A stretch of 64,000 nt of DNA from Candidatus Latescibacterota bacterium (GCA_965248355.1 OZ252098.1:2976001-3040000), one strand, 5' to 3'; shown: positions 29,319 through 39,313, counted from the stretch's first letter. The notes: generated by a model from the sequence alone, not told the origin. Program-made: numbers and translations.

Positions 29319-29705
29319 ATGGACAGGACGTGGGATTCCATCAAGCGCGGGTTCCTTGAGGGCGCCGCCGCGGCCGCCCTCAAGGCGGGAGAGCTGACCC
29401 GCATCGGCCGCGCCCGGCTCGACATGGCCGCGGCCAGGACCCGCCTTTCGCGCCTGCACACCGAGCTCGGGCTGAAGACCTTCCGGCTCCTGGAGGAGGG
29501 CCGGGGCTCGGAGCTGGCCAACGACCACGGGGTTCGCGACCTGCGGCAGCGCATCCGCGAGGCGGCCGCCGACTTGCAGGAGTCGGAATCCGCGTACCAG
29601 CAGGTGCGCGGCGAGTCGGCCCAGCCGGAGGAAGCCCCGGAGCCCGAAGAAGCCCCGGAGCCCGAGGAGGGCCCGGAGGCGGAACAAGCCCCGGAGCGGA
29701 AGTAG
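29319..29705 (+). CDS. Hypothetical coiled-coil protein with an acidic repeat tail
   Basis: Helical ORF in the same orientation with good codon bias; the tail is four PEEAPE-like units. Confidence 0.7.
   Translation: MDRTWDSIKRGFLEGAAAAALKAGELTRIGRARLDMAAARTRLSRLHTELGLKTFRLLEEGRGSELANDHGVRDLRQRIREAAADLQESESAYQQVRGESAQPEEAPEPEEAPEPEEGPEAEQAPERK
29625..29696 (+). repeat. Four imperfect 18-bp coding tandem repeats
   Basis: ccggaggaagccccggag / cccgaagaagccccggag / cccgaggagggcccggag / gcggaacaagccccggag. Confidence 0.8.
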
Positions 29706-29706
29706 C

Positions 29707-29769
29707 GGGGCTACCCGCGGGCGGTCCGGGGTTCCAGCGGGACCACCCGGCGCCCGTGGCAGCAGCCCC
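29707..29769. terminator. GC-rich long hairpin between convergent genes (possible terminator)
   Basis: Nested complementary segments GGGGCT/AGCCCC, CCGCGGGCG/CGCCCGTGG and CCGGG/CCCGG; no U-tract. Confidence 0.35.
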
Positions 29770-29779
29770 TCCTGCAGTG

Positions 29780-30760
29780 TCAGCGGCGGCCCAACTCCCG
29801 GAACAAGCGCTCGGCGTTGCCCCAGAAGTGGTCCTCGATCTCGGACCGCGTCAGTCCCAGCATGTCGGCCACCTGCCGTTCCTGGCGCAGCTGCTCGTAG
29901 ATGACCCAGGTCCCCTCGGGATCGCAGTGGGGCAGGGCGGGGTCCCCGGCGTGGAAGTGCCAGGCGCCGGCGTAGGTCACGTACTTCCCGCGGATGCATC
30001 CGGCGACGACGTTGTCGGAGCCGAACATCACCCGTCGCCGGTCCTCGTGCTTCATCAGCAGGTAGTGGGCGTAGAGGTCGTTCACCGCCGAGGTGTCGTA
30101 CCAGATCCCGGGCAGCCCCTTGAGGAAGTGGATCGCCTCCTCGAGGAAGACGGCGTTGAAGCCGCGGGCGCAGTGGGCGAGGATCCAGCGGACGCCGGGG
30201 TAGACGCGGGTGTAGCGCTCCAGGTCGGCCAGGTTCTCGAAGTCGGCGGGACCGGCCCGCTTCGACAGGTGCATGGTCACGGCCAGGCCCCGCTGGTGGG
30301 CCACCTCGATGAGCGGCTCGGGCAGGAAGTCCCGGATCGGCGCCTCGGCGGGGTCGGGTGCGAAGGTCCGGTAGGGCTTGAGGCCGACGAAGCCGTGGCG
30401 CTCCACCATGGCGTCCACGTACTCGGCGCTCATGGCGGGGGTGACCATCATGTTGACGCCCGACCGCGGATCGGCGGCCATCTGCGCCGCCAGCCACTCG
30501 TTGTGGCCGTGGGCGTCCATGCCGACGATCGGCGTGGCCAGCACCAGGAAGTGGATCTCCCGCCCCGGGTACAGGGTCTCGGCCCAGGCCAGGTGGTCCT
30601 GGTAGTCGATCTCCCGCCGCAGGCCGCCCGGCTCCGAGTCGCCGGCGTGGGCCTCCGACCACATGTGCACGTGCATGTCGTAGAGGCGCCGCGGGACGAA
30701 GTCCTCGAGATCCCCCTCCCAGATCCGGCGGTCGATGTCGCGGTGGTCGATGGCGGTCAT
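29780..30760 (-). CDS. Amidohydrolase family protein (Amidohydro_2)
   Basis: YDMHVH, GFVGLKPY, TMHL, ILAHC, WYDTSA and VMFGSD motifs. Confidence 0.88.
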   Translation of the reverse strand: MTAIDHRDIDRRIWEGDLEDFVPRRLYDMHVHMWSEAHAGDSEPGGLRREIDYQDHLAWAETLYPGREIHFLVLATPIVGMDAHGHNEWLAAQMAADPRSGVNMMVTPAMSAEYVDAMVERHGFVGLKPYRTFAPDPAEAPIRDFLPEPLIEVAHQRGLAVTMHLSKRAGPADFENLADLERYTRVYPGVRWILAHCARGFNAVFLEEAIHFLKGLPGIWYDTSAVNDLYAHYLLMKHEDRRRVMFGSDNVVAGCIRGKYVTYAGAWHFHAGDPALPHCDPEGTWVIYEQLRQERQVADMLGLTRSEIEDHFWGNAERLFRELGRR

Positions 30761-30838
30761 GGCATCCTTTCGATGTGAGGGCCGTAGTTTATGGGCCCCC
30801 CATCGATGCCGCCATAACCCGACCGGGAGATCCCGCTC

Positions 30839-31726
30839 ATGGACCACCGCCTCGCCCGCGACCGAATCGCCTACCGCTTCGACAAGGCCCTGGAGCCGGT
30901 CCTCGAGATCGACCCCGGGGACCGGATAACCTTCGAGACCTTCGACGCCCGCACCGGCACCATCCTCTCCGACGGGGACCTGCTCGACCGGCCCCACCCG
31001 GCGGGGGCCAACCCGGCCACGGGTCCGGTTCGCGTGCGCGGCGCCGGGCCGGGGGACGGGTTGTGCGTCGAGATCGAGCACATCGAGCTGGCCGAGGCGG
31101 GCTTCCTGGCGGTGAAGAAGGGGGAGGGGCTGCTGGCGGCGCGCGCCGGGAGCTACGCCACGCGCATCGTCCCCGTGGCCGGCGGCATGGCCCGCTTCGG
31201 CGGCCTGCGCTTTCCCGTGCATCCCATGGTCGGCGTCATCGGCACGGCGCCGGCCGGGGAGCCGGTCTCCACCAGCTTCGCCGGACCCCACGGCGGCAAT
31301 ATGGACAACAAGCACGTGGGAGCCGGCGCCCGCGTGCACCTGCCGGTGGCCGTGCCCGGCGCCCTGCTCGGCCTCGGCGACGTGCACGCCGCCATGGGGG
31401 ACGGGGAGATCACCTTCATCGGCCTGGAGATCTGCGCCGAGGTGACGGTGCGGGTCGAGCTGGACCGGGGGGCGGGAACGAGGCGGCCCCTGGTCGAGAC
31501 CGCCGACCACTGGATCACCACCGGCGAGGGCGACAGTCTGGCCGCGGCGGCCCGGCTCGCCGCCGGCGAGATGGTCGACCTGATGCAGGCGCGGCTGGGT
31601 CTCGGCTTCGAGGACGCCTACATGCTGTCCAGCGCCGTGGTGGACGTGCAGATCTGCCAGTGCTGCGAGCCGGGGGCGTTTCCGGTGACGACCCGCGCCG
31701 TGGTGTCGAAGCAGGTCGTGCCCTGA
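30839..31726 (+). CDS. Acetamidase/formamidase family protein
   Basis: NPATGPVRVRGAGPGD, HGGNMD and GDVHAAMGDGEI motifs. Confidence 0.92.
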   Translation: MDHRLARDRIAYRFDKALEPVLEIDPGDRITFETFDARTGTILSDGDLLDRPHPAGANPATGPVRVRGAGPGDGLCVEIEHIELAEAGFLAVKKGEGLLAARAGSYATRIVPVAGGMARFGGLRFPVHPMVGVIGTAPAGEPVSTSFAGPHGGNMDNKHVGAGARVHLPVAVPGALLGLGDVHAAMGDGEITFIGLEICAEVTVRVELDRGAGTRRPLVETADHWITTGEGDSLAAAARLAAGEMVDLMQARLGLGFEDAYMLSSAVVDVQICQCCEPGAFPVTTRAVVSKQVVP

Positions 31727-31742
31727 GGGCGGGCGCCTTGCG

Positions 31743-32492
31743 CTAACGGGTGAAGACCGTGCCCCTCACGTACTCGCCGTCGTCGGAGGCGAGGAAGGCC
31801 AGCACCTTCGCCACCCCCGCGGGGTCCCCGAGGGAGCGCCGGGCCGCGGCCACGGCGGGCTCGGGATCCTCCCCCCGGGCCTCGGCGCCCTGGGCGATGT
31901 TGAGCAGCTTCAGCGGCGTGGCGATGCCGCCGGGGCAGATCACGTGCACGCGCGTGCCGCCCCCTCCCAGGTCCTGCTCGAAGTTGTACTGCATCCCGTG
32001 CATGCCCGCCTTGCTGGCGGCGTAGGCATAGGACGAGGAAGCCCCGCGCACGCCGGCGCCGGAGGAGACCAGGAGCAGCACGGAACGGCCCGCCGCCCGC
32101 AGCAGGGGAGCGGCGGAGCGTACCGTCAGGTAGGTGCCCTTGAGGTTGGTGTCGATGGTGACGTCCCACTCCTGCTCCGGCAGGTCGGAGATGCTCCGGT
32201 AGGCGCCGTCGAGCACGCCGGCGCTGCACAGGAGCACGTCGACGCGGCCGTGGCGCTCGGCGATCTCGCGGAAGACGCCGGCCGTCCGCTCGCCGGAGCG
32301 CACGTCGAGGGGGTGGAACTCGGCCCGCCCTCCGGCGGCGGTCACCCGCTCGACCGTGGACCGGCCCTCCTGCTCGTTGAGGTCGAGGATGACGCTCAGG
32401 GCGCCGTCCGCGGCGAACCGCTCGGCGGCGGCGCCCCCGATGCCCGTGGCCCCGCCGGTGACCACGGCGACGCGGCCTTCCAGCCTACCCAC
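31743..32492 (-). CDS. SDR family oxidoreductase
   Basis: VTGGATGIG and YAASKAG (YxxxK); GTG start overlaps the upstream stop. Confidence 0.92.
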   Translation of the reverse strand: MGRLEGRVAVVTGGATGIGGAAAERFAADGALSVILDLNEQEGRSTVERVTAAGGRAEFHPLDVRSGERTAGVFREIAERHGRVDVLLCSAGVLDGAYRSISDLPEQEWDVTIDTNLKGTYLTVRSAAPLLRAAGRSVLLLVSSGAGVRGASSSYAYAASKAGMHGMQYNFEQDLGGGGTRVHVICPGGIATPLKLLNIAQGAEARGEDPEPAVAAARRSLGDPAGVAKVLAFLASDDGEYVRGTVFTR

Positions 32493-33081
32493 CGGTGCTT
32501 CCGGAAACGATGCCGGGCAGCCCGCGGACGAAGGCGGCCACCGCCTCACCGAGCAGCCGGCTGCCCTCGTCGGTAAAGTGGACGCCGTCGTCGCGCAGCA
32601 GGGACTGCCGGCCGGCGGACTCGACCACGCCGAAGAGGTCGTTCACGGCCACCCCCGCGGCTTCGGCGGCCCCCAGGGCGGCCCGGTTGTAGGCCTCCAC
32701 GTCGGCCTCGAAGCGGTCGAAGCTCTTGTTGCGGTGGTGGAGGACCTCGTCCACGGGGGTGATCGTGGCCCAGACGGGGCGGATGCCGGCGGCCTGGACG
32801 CGCTCGAAGATGCGGGCCACGTTGCCGCCGTATTCCTCCAGCGGCACCCTGGCCTGGCCCGAGTCGAAGGGCGTCGCCAGGTCGTGGAGGCCGCAGTTGA
32901 GGTGGGCCACGTCCGGCGGACGGTTCAGCACCCACTCGTCGAGATGGTCCAGGACGTTGCGCGAGTGTCCGCCGTTGGGCTCCGGCGCCCGGACGCGGAT
33001 CCCCGGCTCCAGCTCCCGCCGGACCGTCTCCTGATAGCCCCCGCGGATCGAGTCGCCGATGAGGACGAGTTCCGTGGTCAT
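32485..33081 (-). CDS. SGNH/GDSL hydrolase
   Basis: LIGDSIR, NCGLHD and DGVHF motifs. Confidence 0.9.
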   Translation of the reverse strand: MTTELVLIGDSIRGGYQETVRRELEPGIRVRAPEPNGGHSRNVLDHLDEWVLNRPPDVAHLNCGLHDLATPFDSGQARVPLEEYGGNVARIFERVQAAGIRPVWATITPVDEVLHHRNKSFDRFEADVEAYNRAALGAAEAAGVAVNDLFGVVESAGRQSLLRDDGVHFTDEGSRLLGEAVAAFVRGLPGIVSGSTGG

Positions 33082-33094
33082 GGGGTGGCCGCGC

Positions 33095-33565
33095 TCAGCG
33101 GCGCGGCTTCCACTCCTCGTGGTACTCCCAGTTGACCACCTGCTGCAGCGTCTCCAGCTCGCGGGTGCGCTCCTGCAGGGCGCTGCGGATGACGTCGCCG
33201 ATGGAGAGCAGGCCGATGAACTCGCCGTCCCGGTCGATGAGGAGGTGGCGCAGCCGCAGGCCGAGGAACTTGTCCATCAGCTCGTAGGCGGTATCGGTGT
33301 GGGGGGCGTACTTCAGCCCCCGGGTCATGTAGTCGCCGATACGGGCGGCGGCGGGGTCGAACTCCGGATCGATGGTGTTGCGCATCAGGTCGCGCTCGGT
33401 GTAGATGCCCACGAGGCGGCGGCCCTCCGCCACCAGGGTGGACCCGACCTTGTTCTCAACCATGAGGCGCAGGGCCTCCAGGATCGTCGCGTCCTCTCCC
33501 ACCGAGTAGAGCTCGCCGCCCTTCTCCTGCAGGATCTGCTCGGCCGTCTTCACGTCCTGCGCCAT
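33095..33565 (-). CDS. CBS domain-containing protein
   Basis: Tandem CBS motifs (LVGIYTERD; RHLLI...IGLLSIGDV). Confidence 0.92.
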   Translation of the reverse strand: MAQDVKTAEQILQEKGGELYSVGEDATILEALRLMVENKVGSTLVAEGRRLVGIYTERDLMRNTIDPEFDPAAARIGDYMTRGLKYAPHTDTAYELMDKFLGLRLRHLLIDRDGEFIGLLSIGDVIRSALQERTRELETLQQVVNWEYHEEWKPRR

Positions 33566-33722
33566 GACAGGCTCTCTTTCCGGCGCTCGGCGCGCCTGAC
33601 GGGGGCGGGTCGGAGGGCGACCCGGGGGACCGCTCCAAAAGGACCACTCCGGGGCCGGTTCGAACCCCGGGAGGGCCGGGCAAGATACGAACTGCGCGGG
33701 CGGGTCCCACAGGCCGGGGTCC

Positions 33723-36700
33723 TCAGACGTTGCGCAGAAGGATCAGGTTCCGGTGGTCCCGCCGCAGGTCGAACTGGGCGCCCAGGACCTCGGCGAAGGG
33801 GCTGGCCGCCGCCGGCCCGCCGTCGATCGTCTCGATCTCCAGCTGGCGCACCGGCTGCCGGGCGCGGGTCAGGAGGTGGTCGAGGGGCGCCAGGTACTCG
33901 GGCAGGCGCGGGTCGTCGGGGGCGACGTGGAAGACCAGCCGCCGGCCGTTGCGCCTCGACTCGAGGACCAGCCGCGCCCCGTGGTAGACCAGGTGCGTGC
34001 CCGCCACCCGCCGGGGCAGGGAGGCGCGCAGGCCCTCCAGCCCGAGGCCGCAGGCGGAGGCCGGATCGGCCGCCGAAAGCCAGTACACGGCCTCCTGAGG
34101 CAGGCCGCGGGAGAGCAGGCGGAAGGCGCGGTGGCTGGCGAACTGGGGCCCCGGCACGCCCTCGAAGAAGTGTCCGGCGAGGATCTCGCCCGACAGCTCC
34201 ATCAGCCGCAGGGCGCGGAAGAGCCCCTTCCACCGCAGGGCCGGCAGTTCGCGCTGCAGCAGCTCCCGGAAGAGCACGCCGTAGCGGTCGAGAAGCAGGC
34301 GCACGCGGTCCTTGTTGCGCTCCTCCTCCTCCAGCGGGTCCCCGGCCGGCTGCGGCTGCGGCAACAGCTGCCAGCTTCCGGGGTAGACGGCCGATCCCCG
34401 CCAGCGCCCGGCGGCCCGGCGCGACAGGCGGCCCCCCCGCGAACCGGGGCCGCGGAATTCGCCGCGGAGTCCGCCGCCCGGGCGGGAGTCCTCGATGGGG
34501 GCGGTCTCGGGCGGGCGGAAGCCGGTGTCCAGGCCGCGGCGCACGGCGGCGAAGGAATCGTTGCCGACGCGGCCGCACCAGGCGCCGTCCCACAGGGCCG
34601 CGGCCAGGGAGGCGGCGTCGCGACCGGCCACCTCCTGGAGGGTGGGGAAGTCGTAGCGGCCGTGGGGGTCGGGGAAGAGGGTGTCCACGCCGTTGCCGGG
34701 GCCGGCCGGCTCCTCCTCCTCTTCAGGGGACGGTCCGGAGAGCAGGTCGAGATCGTGCTCGAAGCAGAAGGTCAGGCGCTCGCGGCCGCAGCCGACCCAG
34801 CGCAGGCCGCTCTCCTGCAGGACCCCGTCGAGCAGCGAGGTCTGGTAGGAGCGCAGGCGCGCCGGCAGGATCTCGGTCTCCCACAGGGCGGCGGGGGCGC
34901 CGTAGCCGAGGAGGGGCTCCAGGCGGCGGCGCAGGGCCTCGGGCGTATCCCCGGGCTCGTGGAGGCCGTGGAAGACGGCCAGGAAGAGGGGCAGCTGGTC
35001 CACGGGCAGGGCCTGGAAGGCCGGCGTCGCGGCGGCCCGGGCCATGCGCAGCAGGGACTCGAGGTTCTCCGCCTCGCAGACCTGGTCCCGCTCCGCCCCC
35101 TCCACCAGGGGACCGACGACGACGGCCTGCTCGCCGGCCAGGTCGTCGAGCACGGACGGCAGGAGGTGGTCACCGAGGCCCAGGGTCCCCGCCAGCCGCC
35201 TGCAGTCGACCGGGCCGTAGTAGGAAAGCCAGCCGGCGACGGCGGCCTCGAGGGCGGGCTCATCCTGGACAGGCTCTTCGTCCCCGTCGCCGCGGGGGGT
35301 CTCGATCTCGAGGACCGCGCTGTCGAGGGCGGGCTCCTCCCGTGCGTCGCCGTCCCCGCCGCCTCCGCCGGTGTCGATCTCCAGGCCCGACTCCTCCGGC
35401 TCTTCGGCGCCCCCGTCGGCGCCCCTGTCGCCGCCACCGTCGCCGCCACCGTCGATCTCCGGCCCCCGCTCCTCCCGCCCATCTTCGGAGTTCCCTCCGC
35501 CTCCGCCGCCCTCGATCTCCAGTGCGGCGCCGTCCAGAGTCGTCACCCGCGCCGCGGGCCACCACGGAAACACGGCGAGCCGGTCCAGGGCCTGGCGGGC
35601 GGCGACCACCGGTTCGGCCAGGGCTCCGGCCTCGATGCGCACAAGCCGCCCATTCCATGCGCCCCCCTCCTCGATCCATCCCTCCTCCCCGGCGTCGTCC
35701 GAGTCCCGCGCCGCGGCGCCGAGCAGGGCCTCCCATTCGCTCCACGGGATCAGCAGCCGCTCGTCGACCCAGTCGACCAGTTCGCGCGCCTCGGACGGCG
35801 CGTACCCCGGATGCAGGCGCTGGCGCTTCTCCTCGAAACGGCGCACCACCTGACCCGGGAGGGCCGGCCGCAGGTCCGGGGTGAAGACGACCTCGCGCAA
35901 CAGGTCCGAACGCAGCTCCGAGGTCCGCCGGCCGGGGGCCTCGTCGCCCATGTACATGTACTGGTTGACCTGTCCCCAGGCGACGGAGCGGGAGAAGGGG
36001 CTGGGCCGGCTGGTGCGGCACTCCGACCACTCGATGGCGCCGGACTCGAGCTCGGAGAGCACGAGGCGCAGGGCCGTCAGGTCGAAGCCGTCCTGCAGGC
36101 AGGTGCGCCAGGCCTCGACGAGGATGGGGAAGTCCTCGTAGCGCATGACGGCGTCGAGCAGCCGCTGTGAGCGCAGGCGGCTCAGCCACAGGGGCATCCG
36201 TTCCGTCAGGCTGCGCCGCGTCAGCAGCAGGGCGCGCTGGGCGCACTCGCGGAAGCGGGCCCCGAAGTAGCCGGAGGCCTCCAGCCGCCGGCGCAGCAGC
36301 TCCTCCACGCGGCCGGAGGTGACCAGACTGAGGATCTCCTCGGAGCCGGTCTCTCCTGGCAGGACGAGGACGATGCAGTCGTTGGACGGGTAGACCTCGA
36401 TGCGGCCGCCGAAGCGCTCGTCCCAGGCGGCGTCGAGGGCCAGCGAGAAGGGCTGGTTGACGCGCCCGCCCCAGAACGTGTGCAGGACCACCTGGCTGCC
36501 CATGTGGCCCCCCGGCGCCGAGGCCACGTGCTCCACCAGCAGGTGATGGCGGTGGGGCAGGGGGGCGCCGGTGACCTCGCGCTGGCGGCGCAGGAAGTCG
36601 AGCAGCTGGCCGGCGGCGGTGTCGTCCATGTGGTGCCGCTCGGTGAGCCGCTGCCGGAAGGCGGGCGTCTCGAGGCTGGTCTCGGCCTCCTCGAGGAAGC

Positions 36701-38477
36701 TGCCGATGGCGCTGGAGAAGTGGAAGTCGCGGTTGGCGCCCTCCCCCTTCCAGAAGGGCAGGTCCACGGTCCGGGCCGGCGCCGGGGTCACGAAGACGTC
36801 GTTGTGGGTGATCCTGCGGATCGTCCAGTTCTGCGTGCCCAGGGTGAAGGACTGGCCCTCGGAAGACTCCCACACGAACTCCTCGTCCAACTCCCCCAGC
36901 TTCGCTCCGGAGTCCTCCAGGCGCAGGTTGAAGAGGCCGCGGTCGGGGATCGTGCCGCCGGACATGTAGAGCTGGCGCAGGGCCCCCTTGCGCGCCTCCA
37001 CCGTGTTGTCGAGGCGGTCCACGGTCAGGCGAGGCCGCAGGTCGCGCACGCGGCTGCCGGCGTAGCGGCCGGCGAGCATGTCCACGACGAGGTCGAACTG
37101 CCGGCGGCCCAGGTGCCGGTAGGGGAAGCTGGCGCGGACCTCGTCGTAGAGCTCGTCCAGGTCCCAGCTCTCGGTGCCGGCCATGGAGACCAGCACCTGG
37201 GCCAGGACATCGAGGGCGCCGGTGACGGGTTGGATCTCCTCGATGTCGTGAGCGTCGATCTGCGCCGCCAGCACCGCCGCCTCGAGGAAGTCGTGGCCGT
37301 GGGTGGGATAGAGGGTGGCCTTGCTCACCTCGCCGACCTGGTGGCCGGCGCGGCCGGCGCGCTGCACGGCGGAGGAGACCGATGGCGGCGACTGCACGAG
37401 GACGACCTCGTCCAGGGCGCCGATGTCGATGCCCATCTCCAGGGAGTTGGTGGCCACGATCGCCTTCAGCCCGCCCTCCTTCAGGCGGCGCTCCACGACC
37501 TCGCGGATCTCGCGCGACAGGGAGCCGTGATGGGCGTAGGCCAGGGGCTGCTCGCGGCCCTCGTTGAGGAAGCGGGTGATCTTCTCGCACAGGCGGCGGG
37601 CGTTGACGAAGAGCAGGGTCGAGCGGTTGCCGGCGATGATCTGTTCGAAGGCCTCGGCCATGGCCGGCCAGATCGAGTCGTCCTGATTCTCACCCTCGGC
37701 GTCGGCGGCCTCCGGGAAGCGCACGGAGACGTCGTAGCGCTTGGAGGCCGAGGAGCGCAGCACGGCCACCGGCCGCGGCTCGTAGCGCTCGCCCGGCAGG
37801 CGCCGGAAGCCGCCCACGAAGGCCGCCACCCGGTCCAGGGGTCGGACCGTGGCCGACAGGGAGAGGCGCTGGAACTCACCCGACAGGCGCACGAGGCGCT
37901 CCACGGCGGTGATCAGGTGGACGCCGCGCTTGCTGCCGACCACGGCGTGGATCTCGTCGAGGATGACGCATTGCAGGCCGGTGAGCAGGCCGCGCCCGCC
38001 CCCGGAGGAGAGCAGCAGGTTGAGGGACTCCGGGGTGGTGATCAGGATCTCCGGCGGCTGCCGCAGCATGCGGCGCCGGTCCTCCGGCGGCGTGTCCCCG
38101 GAGCGGGTGAGGGCGCGGATGGAGGGGAAGGGCTCGCCGGCGGCCCCGAAGCGCTGCCGCAGCTCCTCCAGCGGCCCCAGGAGGTTGCGCTGGATGTCGT
38201 TGTTGAGCGCCTTCAGGGGGGAGACGTAGAGGACGCTGGTGGCGCCCTCCGGCCAGTCGCCGCGGACCAGCCGGTCGAGGGCCCACAGGAAGGCGGTCAG
38301 GGTCTTGCCGGAGCCGGTGGGCGCGGTGACCAGCAGGTGCTCGCCGGCGGCGATCCGCGGCCAGGCGGCGGCCTGCACGTCGGTGGGGGTGCCGACGCGC
38401 TCGGCGAACCACCGGCGCACGAGGGGATGGAACAGCTCGAGGGCGTCCTCCGCCCCCGGCGGCGCGGCGGTGCTCAC
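33723..38477 (-). CDS. lhr: Lhr-family ATP-dependent helicase (long form)
   Basis: APTGSGKT, YVSPLKALNND, TTPESL, DEIH, SAT, HHGSLS, LEMGIDIG, QRAGRAGH and SGGTIPDRG motifs plus C-terminal winged-helix repeats; GTG start at 38477. Confidence 0.92.
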   Translation of the reverse strand: MSTAAPPGAEDALELFHPLVRRWFAERVGTPTDVQAAAWPRIAAGEHLLVTAPTGSGKTLTAFLWALDRLVRGDWPEGATSVLYVSPLKALNNDIQRNLLGPLEELRQRFGAAGEPFPSIRALTRSGDTPPEDRRRMLRQPPEILITTPESLNLLLSSGGGRGLLTGLQCVILDEIHAVVGSKRGVHLITAVERLVRLSGEFQRLSLSATVRPLDRVAAFVGGFRRLPGERYEPRPVAVLRSSASKRYDVSVRFPEAADAEGENQDDSIWPAMAEAFEQIIAGNRSTLLFVNARRLCEKITRFLNEGREQPLAYAHHGSLSREIREVVERRLKEGGLKAIVATNSLEMGIDIGALDEVVLVQSPPSVSSAVQRAGRAGHQVGEVSKATLYPTHGHDFLEAAVLAAQIDAHDIEEIQPVTGALDVLAQVLVSMAGTESWDLDELYDEVRASFPYRHLGRRQFDLVVDMLAGRYAGSRVRDLRPRLTVDRLDNTVEARKGALRQLYMSGGTIPDRGLFNLRLEDSGAKLGELDEEFVWESSEGQSFTLGTQNWTIRRITHNDVFVTPAPARTVDLPFWKGEGANRDFHFSSAIGSFLEEAETSLETPAFRQRLTERHHMDDTAAGQLLDFLRRQREVTGAPLPHRHHLLVEHVASAPGGHMGSQVVLHTFWGGRVNQPFSLALDAAWDERFGGRIEVYPSNDCIVLVLPGETGSEEILSLVTSGRVEELLRRRLEASGYFGARFRECAQRALLLTRRSLTERMPLWLSRLRSQRLLDAVMRYEDFPILVEAWRTCLQDGFDLTALRLVLSELESGAIEWSECRTSRPSPFSRSVAWGQVNQYMYMGDEAPGRRTSELRSDLLREVVFTPDLRPALPGQVVRRFEEKRQRLHPGYAPSEARELVDWVDERLLIPWSEWEALLGAAARDSDDAGEEGWIEEGGAWNGRLVRIEAGALAEPVVAARQALDRLAVFPWWPAARVTTLDGAALEIEGGGGGGNSEDGREERGPEIDGGGDGGGDRGADGGAEEPEESGLEIDTGGGGGDGDAREEPALDSAVLEIETPRGDGDEEPVQDEPALEAAVAGWLSYYGPVDCRRLAGTLGLGDHLLPSVLDDLAGEQAVVVGPLVEGAERDQVCEAENLESLLRMARAAATPAFQALPVDQLPLFLAVFHGLHEPGDTPEALRRRLEPLLGYGAPAALWETEILPARLRSYQTSLLDGVLQESGLRWVGCGRERLTFCFEHDLDLLSGPSPEEEEEPAGPGNGVDTLFPDPHGRYDFPTLQEVAGRDAASLAAALWDGAWCGRVGNDSFAAVRRGLDTGFRPPETAPIEDSRPGGGLRGEFRGPGSRGGRLSRRAAGRWRGSAVYPGSWQLLPQPQPAGDPLEEEERNKDRVRLLLDRYGVLFRELLQRELPALRWKGLFRALRLMELSGEILAGHFFEGVPGPQFASHRAFRLLSRGLPQEAVYWLSAADPASACGLGLEGLRASLPRRVAGTHLVYHGARLVLESRRNGRRLVFHVAPDDPRLPEYLAPLDHLLTRARQPVRQLEIETIDGGPAAASPFAEVLGAQFDLRRDHRNLILLRNV
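35245..35525 (-). repeat. Degenerate acidic/Gly-rich repeat insertion within lhr
   Basis: Four units beginning (L)EI[ED] followed by Gly/Asp runs and EE(P); tcgatctc recurs near 35302, 35374, 35452 and 35512. Confidence 0.65.
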
Positions 38478-39313
38478 GGGGCCGTCAGGCGCGCCGCCTC
38501 GACGACGGCGCGGAACTCGTCCATGCCGGTGCCCACGCCCCGCACCCAGCGGTTGATCCACTCCTTCATCGCCACCGTGACATCGTGCTCGCGCTCCGGC
38601 TCGCCCTTCTCCCACGGGGCCACCGGCCACACGGCGTGCCCCTGCTTGTCGCACAACTGATGGCGCCGGTCGTTCAGCTTCAGCCGCAGGCGCCTGCGGT
38701 CCAGCCACTGCGGCGTGAGGCGCGGCTGGAAGGTGGCGGCGCCGGTGCCGTCGTGGCACTCGAAGAGCCAGGCTTCGACATCGCTGCCGGGGAGCGCCAG
38801 CGGCTCCCAGCGCCGCGCCTGGTGCAGGAAGCGGGAGTCGTACACGGTCATCTCGAAGCGCATCCGCGGCGCCCGGGCCAACCCCAGGTGATGGGCGAAG
38901 GCCCCGCCGTACCCGGGCACGCAGCCCTCGAAGGACTCGCCCCACAGCTCGGAGGTCGCCGCCGCCGGGTCGAGGGCGAGATCGTGGCGGCGCAGGTGCT
39001 CCAGGAGTTCGTCCTTCAGGCGCCGGTAGTACTCGGTCAGATCGCCGCTCTCGGGGAAGGGACTCTGCAGCAGCAGGGCGCCGCCCTCGCCGAGGGAGTC
39101 CGCCGCGGCGCCCCGCAGGCAGGCCGGCCCGCCGAGCTGCGCGAAGAGGGTGCCCTCGCCCCGTTCGGCGAGGTCGGTCAGCCAGCGCGCCTTCACCTCC
39201 TCCTCCCGCTCGAGGAAGAGCCGCAGGCCCTCCCGCCGGATGCGCTCCGCCTCGAGCGGCTCGTAGCAGCACGGATGGACGAGGAAGATCAGGTGCTCCA
39301 CGGGCACGGGCAT
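38474..39313 (-). CDS. Hypothetical protein translationally coupled to lhr
   Basis: ATG at 39313 (MPVPVEHLIFLVHPCCYE); good codon bias; GTGA overlap with lhr. Confidence 0.75.
   Translation of the reverse strand: MPVPVEHLIFLVHPCCYEPLEAERIRREGLRLFLEREEEVKARWLTDLAERGEGTLFAQLGGPACLRGAAADSLGEGGALLLQSPFPESGDLTEYYRRLKDELLEHLRRHDLALDPAAATSELWGESFEGCVPGYGGAFAHHLGLARAPRMRFEMTVYDSRFLHQARRWEPLALPGSDVEAWLFECHDGTGAATFQPRLTPQWLDRRRLRLKLNDRRHQLCDKQGHAVWPVAPWEKGEPEREHDVTVAMKEWINRWVRGVGTGMDEFRAVVEAARLTAP

Noticed and set aside
33648..33672. GGTTCGAACCC resembling a tRNA T-loop
   Set aside because: The T-stem does not pair properly and no D-arm, anticodon arm or acceptor stem can be built on either strand; at most a leader hairpin.
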